Positions 48,540-59,073 of a stretch of DNA of 64,000 nucleotides are shown piece by piece. The stretch comes from Thermoanaerobaculia bacterium (GTDB lineage Bacteria; Acidobacteriota; Thermoanaerobaculia; UBA5066). The position numbers were made by a program, and so were the translations under genes. The stretch is taken from NCBI GenBank assembly GCA_963816185.1, contig CAWFJJ010000025.1, forward strand, positions 160,001 to 224,000, written 5' to 3'. The first letter of the stretch is position 1; every line of letters begins with the position of its first letter. The notes under the pieces were generated by a model, which made no database searches, had not been told where the DNA came from, and was given only the letters and a program-made list of their open reading frames with translations.

Positions 48540-50783
48540 TCAGGCTCCGGCCCGGTGCTCGGGGTAGAGGCGCTCGAACTCGGGGTCGCCGTGCAGGAAG
48601 GCGAGATCGGGGTCGCGGCGGGCCCAGTCCGGGTCCTTGAAGCCGGCGTTCCAGGCCTTCCGGAGCGCTTCCAGAGCCTCGGGTTTGTTCTCGAGGCCGC
48701 AAAACACACATGCGACGTTGTAAAGAACAGTCGCGTCGTTCGGGCGCAAGGCGATTGCGAGGTTCGCCTCCCGCGTCGCATCGTCACGCCGATCCAGGGA
48801 GGCGTAGTTGGCTGCGAGGAGAACGCGCGCGCGTGCATCCTCGGGAACCGATTTCAGGTGATTCTCCAGCGCCAGGACTGTGCGCTGGCGGACGTTGCGG
48901 AGCGTTTCATCCTTCCCGAGCGCGCCGAGGGCGTTCAGGATCGGGACGTAGACGTTGTAGTCCTGTCCGCTCGCCTCCATGGCCGCGTCCGCGGCGTTTG
49001 CAAGATCCTGATAACGCCCTGAGGCGAAGAGCACGCGGCCGAGGACGTAGTACGCCCCCTCGCAGTCGCTCTTGCGCTCGATGGCCTGGCGCACGCAGCT
49101 CGCCGCCGCGTCGTACTGGCTTTCGGCGTACAGGATCCAGGCCTGGGCGACGAGAGCCTCGGGAAGCTGCGGGCTCAGCGCGACCGCTTTCCGGGAGGCT
49201 GCCAGCGCCCGTTCCAGCCAGACGGGATCGCGTCCGTAGTGATAATGGGTCTGCGCGCAGACGTTCGCGATGGCGGCGTGGGCCAGCGCGAAATCCGGGT
49301 CCAAGGCCGTCGCGTTCTCGAACATCTGGAGGGCGAACTCGAAGTCCTGCCGCGTGAGACGCCGCGCGTAGCTCTTGCCGCGGAGAAAAAGGTCGTACGC
49401 CTGGAGGTTCTCGGTCGGCTTGGCGGCGAGGGCCGCCTCCTCCTGCGGCGAGAGCGTGATCCGGAGGGCTTCGGCGATCTTGCGCGCGATCTCGTCCTGC
49501 ACCTCGAATACGTCCTGCATCTCGCGGTCGTACCGCTCGGACCAGAGAGGGAAGTCGGTGTGCGTGTCGACGAGCTGCGCGTTGATCCGCAGCCGGTTTC
49601 CGGACCGGCGCAGGCTCCCCGCGAGGACGAATGCCGCGTTGAGCTGCTGTCCGATCTGCGCGGGCGTCACCTGCTTGTCGCGATAGGCGAGGACCGTGGG
49701 TCGCGAAAAGATGTTCAAGCCCTTGATTTTCGAGAGCTCCGTGATGATGTCCTCGGTGATGCCGTCGCGGAAATACTCGTCCTCCTTCACGCCGGAGAGG
49801 TTCTCGAAGTAGAGGACGGCGATGGACTTCTCGGCTTGCCGGGTTCCGCCCCCGCGCGAGTCGCTCTTCTCGGCCGCGCGCTTCTTGCCCGAATCCATGT
49901 CGCGCTTCAGGCGCGTGAGATCCGTCTTCAGGTCCGTGGCGGTCTGGTAGCGCAGGTTGCGGTCCTTCTCGAGCGCCTTGTCGAGGATGCGCCCGAGCTC
50001 GGGTGGAAGAGCGGAGTTCAGCTGAGCGACCGGGAGCGGATCCCGGTTCAGGATCGCGTCGAAGATGACCGCGGAGGTCTCGCCCGGGAAGGGCAGCGTG
50101 CCCGTCGCCATCTGGTAAAGGACCGTCCCGAGCGAGAAGAGGTCCGTGCGGGCGTCGGCGAGCTGCCCGCGCGCCTGCTCGGGAGACATGTAAGACACGG
50201 TGCCCATCGACGTTCCGGGCGTCGTGAGGTCGTGCTGTGCGCCGACGGTCTCCAGGAGGGAGACGGCGCCGTCCGCTCCCCGGCGCGCTCCCTCGATCCG
50301 GGCGAGGCCGAAGTCCAGGATCTTCACCTGCCCCCGCGCGTTCACGAAGATGTTCGCCGGCTTGACGTCCCGGTGCACGATGCCGCGGGCGTGCGCCGAC
50401 TCGAGGGCGTCGGCGATCTGGATGCCCAGGGCGAGCAGGTTCTCCGGGTCGAATGGCGGATGCCCCGTCATCATCTGTGCGAGCGTCTGGCCTTCGAGGA
50501 GCTCCATGACGATGAAGTGCTGCCTCTCGTGCTCCTCGATGGCGAAGACCGTGCAGATCCCCGGATGGTTCAAAGCCGAGGCGGCACGCGCCTCGCGCTG
50601 GAAGCGCTCGAGCGACGGCGTGTCCTGGGCGAGCTCGGGAGGCAGGAACTTGAGCGCGACGCGGCGGCCGAGGCGTGAGTCCTCCGCTTCGTACACGACG
50701 CCCATCCCGCCGCTTCCGAGACGGCGCACGACCGTGTAATGGGAAATACTCTTCCCGATCAGGGGATCCGTGGGACTGGACAC
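48540..50783 (-). CDS. Hanks-type Ser/Thr kinase with TolB-like and TPR regions
   Basis: LGSGGMGVVY, VALK, HRDVKPAN, DFGLA, YMSPEQ; SIAVLYFEN; TPRs; YNVAC..DPDL tail. Confidence 0.95.
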   Translation of the reverse strand: MSSPTDPLIGKSISHYTVVRRLGSGGMGVVYEAEDSRLGRRVALKFLPPELAQDTPSLERFQREARAASALNHPGICTVFAIEEHERQHFIVMELLEGQTLAQMMTGHPPFDPENLLALGIQIADALESAHARGIVHRDVKPANIFVNARGQVKILDFGLARIEGARRGADGAVSLLETVGAQHDLTTPGTSMGTVSYMSPEQARGQLADARTDLFSLGTVLYQMATGTLPFPGETSAVIFDAILNRDPLPVAQLNSALPPELGRILDKALEKDRNLRYQTATDLKTDLTRLKRDMDSGKKRAAEKSDSRGGGTRQAEKSIAVLYFENLSGVKEDEYFRDGITEDIITELSKIKGLNIFSRPTVLAYRDKQVTPAQIGQQLNAAFVLAGSLRRSGNRLRINAQLVDTHTDFPLWSERYDREMQDVFEVQDEIARKIAEALRITLSPQEEAALAAKPTENLQAYDLFLRGKSYARRLTRQDFEFALQMFENATALDPDFALAHAAIANVCAQTHYHYGRDPVWLERALAASRKAVALSPQLPEALVAQAWILYAESQYDAAASCVRQAIERKSDCEGAYYVLGRVLFASGRYQDLANAADAAMEASGQDYNVYVPILNALGALGKDETLRNVRQRTVLALENHLKSVPEDARARVLLAANYASLDRRDDATREANLAIALRPNDATVLYNVACVFCGLENKPEALEALRKAWNAGFKDPDWARRDPDLAFLHGDPEFERLYPEHRAGA

Positions 50784-50902
50784 GTCACGGCGGAGAGTAC
50801 CTCAGGCTCGGAAGGTCCCGTCGCGGGACCGCTCGTGCCAGCCGCGCAGCGGACTCGCTGCGAACGGAGCTTGATATCTTCGGGCGCCGGAGAGGATTCA
50901 AT

Positions 50903-51955
50903 ATGGTTTCCAGCATCGCTCACCCACGGAGCTGCGCCTTTTTCCCGATCCTCGTTTGGGCGTCACTCGTCGCGATCAGGAGCGCCCAGGGCGCCGAGGC
51001 CCCTTACACGGTTCACATGCAGCCGTTGCCCGGGGCGACCGCGGCCGGTGTCACCATGGACTACATCGCCTTCGATCCGACGACCGGATTCCTCTGGGCG
51101 CCGGCCGGGAACACCGGGTTGGTGGCCGTCATCGATACGTCGAGCGGGGCCGTGAAGCAGATCTCGGGTTTCCCGACGGCGGAGATGGGGGGCAGCAGGC
51201 ACAAGTTCGTGGTCGGGCCCAGCTCGGTCACCATAGGGGACGGGGTGGTCTACGTCGGCAATCGCGGCGACAGGTCGGTGTGTGCGTTCGACGCGCGGTC
51301 TCTCGCCAAGGGACCGTGCCGTCGGCTCGACTCCATGCCGGACGGGCTCGCCAGCGTCACGGGTCGGAAGGAAGTCTGGGTGACGACGCCGCGCGACAAG
51401 TCAATCCGGGTCCTCGACGGCAAGACGCTCGAGCAGAAGGCCAAGCTCACGTTCGACGGCAACCCCGAGGGGTTCGCTGTCGACGCCAAGCGCGGTCGGT
51501 TCTATACGAACCTGGAGGACAAGGATCTAACGCTCGCGATCGATCTCGCGACACACAAGACCGTCGCGACGTGGAAGCCGGCTTGTGGCGAGGGCGGCCC
51601 GCACGGCCTGCGCGCCGACGCTGACTCGGGACTCCTCTTCGTCGCCTGCGGCGCGCGCGTGGAAGCGCTCGACGCGGCCCACGACGGCGCGGTGCTGTCC
51701 TCGATCGACACGGGCGACGGGGTGGACGACATCGACTACTCGGCGGCGACGCACCTTCTATACGTTGGCGCGGCCAAGGCGGGTCAGCTCACGATCGCGC
51801 GGGTCGACTCTCACGGCAAGCTGACTGCCGAGGCGAAGGTCCCCACTCATATCGGGGCGCGCAACCCGGCCGTGACGAACAAGGGCGAGGTGTACCTCGC
51901 ACATTCGAATCTCGGCGGTCTCACCGACCTCGTCGTCGTCACGCCGCAGAAGTAA
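50903..51955 (+). CDS. secreted YncE/YVTN-like beta-propeller protein
   Basis: Signal peptide, DYIAFDP, VAVID, PDGL, NPEG, PHGL, GVDD repeats. Confidence 0.8.
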   Translation: MVSSIAHPRSCAFFPILVWASLVAIRSAQGAEAPYTVHMQPLPGATAAGVTMDYIAFDPTTGFLWAPAGNTGLVAVIDTSSGAVKQISGFPTAEMGGSRHKFVVGPSSVTIGDGVVYVGNRGDRSVCAFDARSLAKGPCRRLDSMPDGLASVTGRKEVWVTTPRDKSIRVLDGKTLEQKAKLTFDGNPEGFAVDAKRGRFYTNLEDKDLTLAIDLATHKTVATWKPACGEGGPHGLRADADSGLLFVACGARVEALDAAHDGAVLSSIDTGDGVDDIDYSAATHLLYVGAAKAGQLTIARVDSHGKLTAEAKVPTHIGARNPAVTNKGEVYLAHSNLGGLTDLVVVTPQK

Positions 51956-51990
51956 GGATTCGACGCGTTCTCCATCGCTCGGAGTCTCGA

Positions 51991-52575
51991 ATGAAGCGTC
52001 AACGCTCTCTTCTCGTTCTTCTCGCCGGCGTGATCCGCCTTCTCGCCGGCTCACCGGCTTTCGGAGACGCCGTCGGCTACAACAAGGTCGTCGACCTCCG
52101 GGCGGAGAGTTCCGTCGTAGTGGCCGAGCACCATCATGACTGGAGCCGCGCGACCCAGGACGCGCGATGGAAGATGATCTCCACGACGAAGGATCCCTTC
52201 ACCGCGGAGAACACCTACGCGTTTCTGCGCCTCGTCGGCAAAGCATCGGGCCGGGAGCTTTTCAGGAAGCCCGTTCCGGCGCTCACCCATCTTTGGATTT
52301 CGCCCGATTCCCGGTACGTGGTCGGCCTGTCGGACATCAAGCTCGACAACCCGTACCAGCTCGTCGTCTTTAGCCGATCCGGACGTCGCGTGTTCGAAAA
52401 GAGCATCAATGCAGCCACTTGGCCGAGCGTCCAGGAGAGTGTCACGAACGCAGTGCTCTGGTACAAGGAACCTACGCCGACGATTCGTCTCGAGGAGATC
52501 CGGGGTGAGGTGACCTTGTGGATCGAGGATCGCCAGGGCACTCCTCGCGAGTTTCGCTTCCGCGCGTCAGACTGA
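51991..52575 (+). CDS. secreted hypothetical protein
   Basis: Signal peptide (AFG|D), GGAG RBS, co-oriented with neighbours. Confidence 0.7.
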   Translation: MKRQRSLLVLLAGVIRLLAGSPAFGDAVGYNKVVDLRAESSVVVAEHHHDWSRATQDARWKMISTTKDPFTAENTYAFLRLVGKASGRELFRKPVPALTHLWISPDSRYVVGLSDIKLDNPYQLVVFSRSGRRVFEKSINAATWPSVQESVTNAVLWYKEPTPTIRLEEIRGEVTLWIEDRQGTPREFRFRASD

Positions 52576-52588
52576 CGCGACCCAACCG

Positions 52589-53077
52589 ATGAGCGCCACA
52601 CGGCCCGCGCCTTTTTCCATTCGACAGGCAACGTCACCCGCGGACGTGGAGACGGCGCGCGCTCTCTTCGTCGAATATCAGAAGTCGCTTGGGATTTCGC
52701 TCTGCTTCCAGAGCTTCGACGCGGAGGTCGCGTCTCTGCCGGGCGCGTACGCGGCGCCCGAGGGCCGGCTGCTCCTGGCCTTCGTGGGCGACGAGCCGGC
52801 AGGATGCATCGCGCTCCGAAAGCTGGAGAACGGAATCTGCGAGATGAAGAGGCTCTGGGTGCGCCCCGCGTTCCGCGGCATGCGTCTCGGACGGCGCCTG
52901 GCGGAAGCCGTCCTCTCGGAAGCCCGGACGGCCGGGTACCGGGCCATCCGGCTCGACACGCTGCCCTCGATGCGCGAAGCGCAGGCCCTCTACGTCTCGC
53001 TCGGTTTCGTCGACATTCCGCCCTACAACGACCATCCGATCGAGGGCACGCGCTTCATGGAGGCGCGGCTCGACTAG
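52589..53077 (+). CDS. GNAT family N-acetyltransferase
   Basis: LCFQSFDAE..LPGAY, CEMKRLWVRPAFRGMRLG, RLDTL, LYVSLGF. Confidence 0.93.
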   Translation: MSATRPAPFSIRQATSPADVETARALFVEYQKSLGISLCFQSFDAEVASLPGAYAAPEGRLLLAFVGDEPAGCIALRKLENGICEMKRLWVRPAFRGMRLGRRLAEAVLSEARTAGYRAIRLDTLPSMREAQALYVSLGFVDIPPYNDHPIEGTRFMEARLD

Positions 53078-53091
53078 GCCGTCATGGCGCC

Positions 53092-55836
53092 TCAGGCAGC
53101 CGCGAGCTGCCTCAGGACATACGTCAAGATGCCGCCATGGCGGTAGTAGTCGACTTCGTTCGGCGTGTCGAGGCGCACGGTGACCGTGAACGTCTTCTTC
53201 TTCCCGTCCTCGGAGGTCGCCGTTACCGTGGCCTTCTTGCGGGGCTTGAGGCCCTCGGCGATGCCGGTGACGTCGAACGTCTCGCGGCCGGTGAGGCCGA
53301 GGGTCTTCGCGTCCTCGCCCGCCTCGAACTGCAGCGGGAGCACGCCCATGCCCGCGAGGTTCGCGCGGTGGATGCGCTCGAAGCTCTTCGCGATGACGGC
53401 CTTGATGCCGAGGAGCATCGTGCCTTTCGCGGCCCAGTCGCGTGATGAGCCCGTGCCGTATTCGGCGCCCGCGACGACGACGAGCGGCGTCTTCTCGGCC
53501 TGGTACTTCATGGACGCGTCGTAGATCGACATCTGCTGCCCGCTTCCGAGATGCACGGTCACGTTCCCCTCGGTCCCGGGGACGAGCAGGTTTTTCAGGC
53601 GGATGTTCCCGAACGTGCCCCGCATCATCACTTCGTGGTTCCCGCGCCGGGCCCCGTAGGAGTTGAAGTCCTTCGGATCGACCTTGTGGTCCGTGAGGTA
53701 TTTCGCGGCGGGCGAGGCTTTCGCGATCGAGCCCGCGGGGGAGATGTGGTCCGTCGTGACGGAGTCGCCGAGGACGACGAGAGAGCGCGCGCCGCGGATG
53801 TCCTGGAGCGCGCCTGGCGACTTCGGGATGGCTTCGAAGAACGGGGGCTTCCTCACGTACGTCGACGCCGCGTCCCATCGATACGTCCGGCCCTTGGGCA
53901 CCTCGAGGCCGCGCCAGCGCGCGTCTCCGTCGAAGACCTCGCCGTACGCCTTCTTGAACTGCTCGCTCTTCACGGCTTTTTTCATCGTGGTGCGGACTTC
54001 CTCGGGCGACGGCCAGATGTCGGAAAGGAAGACGGGCTTGCCGTCCTTGCCGGTGCCGAGCGGCTCGCGCGTGAGATCGATGTCCATCTTTCCCGCGAGC
54101 GCGTAAGCGACGACGAGGGGCGGCGACGCGAGGTAGTTCATCTTGACCTGCGGGCTGATGCGCCCTTCGAAGTTCCGGTTTCCCGAGAGCACGGCCGCTG
54201 CGACGATGTCACCCGAACGCACGGCCTCCGAGACGGCTTCCAAAAGCGGGCCCGAGTTTCCGATACACGTCGTGCAGCCGTACCCGACAAGGTTGAAGCC
54301 CAGGGTGTCGAGCGCCGGGGTCAGCCCGGCTTCCTTCAGATACTCCGTGACGACCTTCGACCCGGGCGCGAGCGATGTCTTCACCCACGGCTTCACGTTG
54401 AGGCCCTTCGCGACGGCCTTCTGCGCGAGAAGGCCCGCGCCGATCATGACCGACGGATTCGACGTGTTCGTGCAGGACGTGATCGCCGCGATGACGACGG
54501 CGCCGTGCGGGAGCTCGTACGAGCCCTCGCCATGCTTCACGGGCGCGGTTCGAGAGAGGGCGCCAAGAGATTCTCGCTCGCCGTCGCCCCCTTCCGCGAG
54601 CCACCGTCCAATCACCGCCGGACTGACGTTGGCGCACTCTTTTTCCAAGAACACTTTCAAATTCTCTCGAAAGACTCGCTTCGAATCCTTGAGCGGGATC
54701 CGGTCCTGCGGCCTTCGCGGGCCCGCGAGCGAAGGCTCGACCGTCGCGAGATCGAGCTCGATCGTGCTCGTGAACTCCGGCTCCGGCGTCGCGTCGGTAC
54801 GGAAGAGGCCCTGCTCTTTCGTGTACGCCTCGACGAGGGCCACGAGGTCGGGCGGCCGGCCCGTGAAACGCAGATACGAGAGCGTCTCCTCGTCGACGGG
54901 GAAGAAGCCCATCGTCGCGCCGTATTCGGGCGCCATGTTCGCGATCGTGGCGCGGTCCGTCAGCGCGAGCGCGGAGATGCCGGGGCCGTAGAACTCGACG
55001 AACTTTCCGACGACGCCTTTCTTGCGGAGCATCTGCGTGACGGTGAGGACGAGGTCGGTCGCCGTTGCGCCCGCAGGGAGCCGGCCGTGAAGGCGGAAGC
55101 CGATGACGTCGGGGATGAGCATCGACTGCGGCTGGCCGAGCAGCGCGGCCTCGGCCTCGATGCCGCCTACGCCCCATCCGAGGACGCCGAGCCCGTTGAT
55201 CATCGTGGTGTGGCTGTCCGTCCCGACGAGCGTGTCGGGATACGCGAGGCCGTTCTCGGAGCGGAAGACCACGCTCGCGAGGTACTCGAGATTCACCTGG
55301 TGGCAGATTCCGGTGTCGGGCGGCACGACGCGGAAGTTGCGGAACGCGCCCTGACCCCAGCGGAGGAACGCATAGCGCTCTTCGTTGCGCTGGAACTCCA
55401 GCCCCGCGTTCGTCGCGAACGCGCCGGGGCTCGCGAACTCGTCCACCTGCACGGAATGATCGATGACGAGGTCGGCCGGGGCGAGCGGGTTGATCTTTTC
55501 CGCGTTTCCGCCGAGCGACACGAGCGCTTCGCGCATCGCAGCGAGGTCCACGACTGCGGGCACGCCCGTGAAGTCCTGCAGGAGGACGCGCGCGGGGGTG
55601 AAGGCGATCTCCTTCTCGGACGTGACCTTCGCGTCGCGGTTCGCGAGTGCGAGGACGTCTTCCTTCGTGACCGTGCGCCCGTCCTCGTTGCGGAGCAGGT
55701 TCTCGAGAAGGATCCGGAGAGAGAAGGGGAGGCGCGCGGCGTTCGGCGCCGTCTTCTCGAAGGCTTTCAGGCTGAAGACGTCGTAGGTTTTTCCGCCGGC
55801 TGTGAGGCGGGTTTTGGTCTTGAAACTGTCGCTCAT
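53092..55836 (-). CDS. acnA: aconitate hydratase AcnA
   Basis: [57 protein letters not shown]. Confidence 0.97.
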   Translation of the reverse strand: MSDSFKTKTRLTAGGKTYDVFSLKAFEKTAPNAARLPFSLRILLENLLRNEDGRTVTKEDVLALANRDAKVTSEKEIAFTPARVLLQDFTGVPAVVDLAAMREALVSLGGNAEKINPLAPADLVIDHSVQVDEFASPGAFATNAGLEFQRNEERYAFLRWGQGAFRNFRVVPPDTGICHQVNLEYLASVVFRSENGLAYPDTLVGTDSHTTMINGLGVLGWGVGGIEAEAALLGQPQSMLIPDVIGFRLHGRLPAGATATDLVLTVTQMLRKKGVVGKFVEFYGPGISALALTDRATIANMAPEYGATMGFFPVDEETLSYLRFTGRPPDLVALVEAYTKEQGLFRTDATPEPEFTSTIELDLATVEPSLAGPRRPQDRIPLKDSKRVFRENLKVFLEKECANVSPAVIGRWLAEGGDGERESLGALSRTAPVKHGEGSYELPHGAVVIAAITSCTNTSNPSVMIGAGLLAQKAVAKGLNVKPWVKTSLAPGSKVVTEYLKEAGLTPALDTLGFNLVGYGCTTCIGNSGPLLEAVSEAVRSGDIVAAAVLSGNRNFEGRISPQVKMNYLASPPLVVAYALAGKMDIDLTREPLGTGKDGKPVFLSDIWPSPEEVRTTMKKAVKSEQFKKAYGEVFDGDARWRGLEVPKGRTYRWDAASTYVRKPPFFEAIPKSPGALQDIRGARSLVVLGDSVTTDHISPAGSIAKASPAAKYLTDHKVDPKDFNSYGARRGNHEVMMRGTFGNIRLKNLLVPGTEGNVTVHLGSGQQMSIYDASMKYQAEKTPLVVVAGAEYGTGSSRDWAAKGTMLLGIKAVIAKSFERIHRANLAGMGVLPLQFEAGEDAKTLGLTGRETFDVTGIAEGLKPRKKATVTATSEDGKKKTFTVTVRLDTPNEVDYYRHGGILTYVLRQLAAA

Positions 55837-55977
55837 GAGCCCTCCGAAAGGCAGCCCGCGATTGTAGACGGAAGAAAGAAGGACCCGCGACGGTGCGGAT
55901 GCTTCATGAAACATCCACTGCGCCCGCTGGAGGAGCCGCCGCGGGCGCCGATGAGAGGGTCCTCGGAGAGCGGTGTC

Positions 55978-57150
55978 CTACGCCTTCACGGCCGGCGGGA
56001 GCTCGACCTCCTCGAGGTGTCGGGCGGCCGCCGAGATCGCCGCGCCGCGAACCGACGCCAGGCCGAGCTTGCGCAGGCTGTCCTCGATCGTCGCGAGCAC
56101 GGCCGCCGCCTCGCCGACGCCGATGTTTCCCATGTGGCCGAGGCGAAATGCCTTGCCGGCGATCGGTCCGAGCCCGCCGGCCAGCACCACGCCTCGCGAC
56201 GCCGTCTCCTTTCGGAAGTCGGCGTCCGCCACCCCCTTCGGGAGAAGGACGACCGATAAGGTGTCGGCGCGGCAGGCCGGGTGCGTGAAGAGCTCGAGTC
56301 CCAGGGCCTGAAGACCCGCCCGCATCGCCGAGGCGATACGGTGATGGCGGGCGAAACGGGCCGGAAGCCCTTCTTCATGCACGATTCGCAGGGCTTCGCC
56401 GAGGGCGACGATCTCGTTGACGCAGGGCGTCGAGTAGTAGCGGCCGGGGTCCTCCATGACAGGGAGCCAGCGGTTGATGTCCGCGTAGTAGGCCGGAACC
56501 GAGGTGCGTGACAGACGACGCTCGATCGCGCGCTTGGAGAAGAGACAGAGAGCGAGCCCCGGAGGCGCGCCGATGGCTTTCTGCGGAGCCGTGAGGAGAA
56601 CGTCGATTCCCCAGCGGTCGAACGGCTCGTCGATGCCGCCCGTCGCGCAGACGCCGTCCAGGATGACGAGCTCGTCTCGTCCCCGAAGAAGCCGCACGTA
56701 ATCCTCGACGGGCGACGCGGTGCCCGTGGACGTGTCGACGTGGGTGATCGTCACCGCGGTGTAAGAACCGGCGGCGAGTTTCTTGGCCACCTCCTCGGGT
56801 GGGACGGCCCGGCCCCACTCGGAGCGGAGCACGTCGCACGAGATCCCGAAGGCGCCCGCCAGGTCCGCGTAACGATCTCCGAAGTAGCCGTGAGAGATGA
56901 CGAGAACCCTCTCGCCGGGGGCGACCACGTTGACGAGCGCCATCTCCATCGACAGCGTGCCGCCTCCGGAAACGACGAACGGCTGGCCGGACGCGCTCTG
57001 ACAGAGCCCGCGAAACGCGTCGAGAGCTTCCTGGAACTGTTTGACGAACGTCGGCGCCACATGGGAGACGGTCGGCCGCGCGAGCGCCGCCAGGATCCGG
57101 GGGTGAACGGGCGTCGGGCCCGGAATCATCGTCAGGGTTTCGTCGATCAA
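55978..57150 (-). CDS. class V aminotransferase (alanine-glyoxylate/serine-pyruvate type)
   Basis: MIPGPT, HVDTSTG, DGV, TAPQKAIGAPPGL, FRLGHMG; TTG start with GAGGAGG RBS. Confidence 0.92.
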   Translation of the reverse strand: MIDETLTMIPGPTPVHPRILAALARPTVSHVAPTFVKQFQEALDAFRGLCQSASGQPFVVSGGGTLSMEMALVNVVAPGERVLVISHGYFGDRYADLAGAFGISCDVLRSEWGRAVPPEEVAKKLAAGSYTAVTITHVDTSTGTASPVEDYVRLLRGRDELVILDGVCATGGIDEPFDRWGIDVLLTAPQKAIGAPPGLALCLFSKRAIERRLSRTSVPAYYADINRWLPVMEDPGRYYSTPCVNEIVALGEALRIVHEEGLPARFARHHRIASAMRAGLQALGLELFTHPACRADTLSVVLLPKGVADADFRKETASRGVVLAGGLGPIAGKAFRLGHMGNIGVGEAAAVLATIEDSLRKLGLASVRGAAISAAARHLEEVELPPAVKA

Positions 57151-57302
57151 AACATCCTCCTCGCAGCCCGTGAGGGCCTTTCGCCGACGATAGGCGCCCC
57201 GATCGCGGCCGTCATGATTCGAATGGCTCATTATTGCCGGGTCCTGCCCGTGGGGGGCCTCGCCCGCGGCCCGCAACTCATTGCGAACCCAGGACTCCGC
57301 GT

Positions 57303-57995
57303 TCAGCCGTGCGCCGCCAGGAAGGCCCTGACCTCGTCCGCCGAGGCCGACGGGATGCGGTGCCCCCCATCGTAGAGACTGTGCGTGACGCTCCGGAAGC
57401 GCGCCGCGAGGCGCTCGCGGTAGGGCGCGATCTTGTCGAGGGTGTAGATGTCGTCCTCGCGCGTCGAGACGTGGAGGACGTCCGTTTCGCGCGAAGCCGA
57501 GGTGCCGGGGTCGTTCGATTTCCACTCACCGGGAATGCCGCCGCAAATCGCCGCGATTGCGCGAAAGGGAACGCCGTCTGGCGGGCTGAGCGCGAGGCGG
57601 TAATTGAAAGAGCAGGGCTGGCTGAAGCCGAAGAGAAGGACGCGCTCCGGATCGCCGCCGTGTGCGCGAGCCCAACCGATCGCTTCGGCGACACAGGAGC
57701 GGTGGACCGCGCGATTGTCGTCCGCGCGCGTCGAGACGCCCCAGTGAAAGCCGCGCTTCGGAACGGAAGTGTTCGTGCCCTCGAGATAAGCCGACTCGGG
57801 TCCCTCGAGGGAAAGAACGAGAGCTCCTTTCGGAGCGACGCCGAGGAGGACGGGCAGGAGCGAGTCGGCGTCCTGTCCGTAGCCGTGCATGCCGATCAGG
57901 ATCGGGGCGGACCCTTGCCCTTCGATCGTCCCGACCGTGAGAAGGCGCAGAGGGACGCGAACGGAGAGTGTCGTTTCGACTACCTTTGGGTCCAT
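57303..57995 (-). CDS. alpha/beta hydrolase (phospholipase/carboxylesterase-like)
   Basis: HGYGQ, GFSQP elbow, EDD, GGHRI. Confidence 0.82.
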   Translation of the reverse strand: MDPKVVETTLSVRVPLRLLTVGTIEGQGSAPILIGMHGYGQDADSLLPVLLGVAPKGALVLSLEGPESAYLEGTNTSVPKRGFHWGVSTRADDNRAVHRSCVAEAIGWARAHGGDPERVLLFGFSQPCSFNYRLALSPPDGVPFRAIAAICGGIPGEWKSNDPGTSASRETDVLHVSTREDDIYTLDKIAPYRERLAARFRSVTHSLYDGGHRIPSASADEVRAFLAAHG

Positions 57996-58057
57996 GGCTC
58001 TCCTGGTCGGGAACCTTGAGACGGTTCCTCTCGTAAGTCGAGTGTGAGGATGTTGGC

Positions 58058-59062
58058 ATGAGCGCCGCGATCGAGGTCCGAGGGCTCCGGAAGGATTACC
58101 GCTCAGGTTTGGGCGGCCGCGAGGTGAACGCCCTCTCGGGCATCGACCTCGCGGTTCAGCCGGGGGAGCTGTTCGGCCTCCTCGGACCGAACGGCGCCGG
58201 CAAGACGACGGCCGTGAAGATCCTGCTCGGCCTGACGCACGCCACGGCCGGAAGCGCTTCGCTTCTCGGAAAACCTGTCGCCGATCCGGAAAGTCGCCGC
58301 CGCGTGGGTTACCTTCCCGAGGGCCACCGCTTTCCCGGCTACCTCTCGGCACGCCAGACGCTGTCCATCTTCGGGCGAATGTCGGGCGTTAAGCCGCGCG
58401 ATCTCGCGCCGAGAATCGAGGACCTGCTCTCGCGCCTGAAGCTGTCGGACTGGATCGACGTGAAGGTGAAGAAGTTCTCGAAGGGCATGACGCAGCGCCT
58501 CGGCCTCGCGGCCGCGCTCGTGCACGAGCCCGAGGTTCTGCTGCTCGACGAGCCGACGGACGGCGTCGACCCCGTGGGCCGGCGCGAGATCCGCGATCTC
58601 CTCAAGGCGGAGGCGTCGAAGGGACGCGCGATCCTCCTGAATTCCCACCTCCTCTCCGAGATCGAGCTCACGTGCGACCGCGTCGCGGTCCTGCGCAACG
58701 GCAAGGTCGCGGCGATGGGGACGATCGAGGAATTGACAAAGAGGGGAGAAGGGACCGGGGATTCTTCGAAGGGTTACAGGCTGGTGGCCTCGCCTCTTTC
58801 CGAGGAGCTGCTTTCGGATTTCTTCGAAAGGGGAGCGGGCCCCGAGCGCGTGAATGGGCACGTGCGCGTCCTGGCGCGCGACGCACAGCATCTGAATTCG
58901 CTCATCGACGCCGCCCGCGCGCGCGGCGCGCTGCTGACGGAGCTCACCCCGGAGAAATCCAGCCTCGAGGACGTGTTCGTCGACCTCGTGCGCGCGGGCG
59001 ACGCGGCAAGCGCCGACCCCTCTTCACGTTCTAAGAAATCCGAATACGACCCGGAAAGCTGA
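58058..59062 (+). CDS. ABC transporter ATP-binding protein
   Basis: GPNGAGKT, FSKGMTQR, DEPTDGVDP, NSHLLSE. Confidence 0.95.
   Translation: MSAAIEVRGLRKDYRSGLGGREVNALSGIDLAVQPGELFGLLGPNGAGKTTAVKILLGLTHATAGSASLLGKPVADPESRRRVGYLPEGHRFPGYLSARQTLSIFGRMSGVKPRDLAPRIEDLLSRLKLSDWIDVKVKKFSKGMTQRLGLAAALVHEPEVLLLDEPTDGVDPVGRREIRDLLKAEASKGRAILLNSHLLSEIELTCDRVAVLRNGKVAAMGTIEELTKRGEGTGDSSKGYRLVASPLSEELLSDFFERGAGPERVNGHVRVLARDAQHLNSLIDAARARGALLTELTPEKSSLEDVFVDLVRAGDAASADPSSRSKKSEYDPES
59029..59037 (-). repeat. dispersed TTCTTAGAA motif copy (3' end of ABC ATPase gene)
   Basis: Reverse complement reads CGGAT-TTCTTAGAA-CGTGAAGAGG. Confidence 0.8.
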
Positions 59063-59073
59063 GACAAGTCGAC

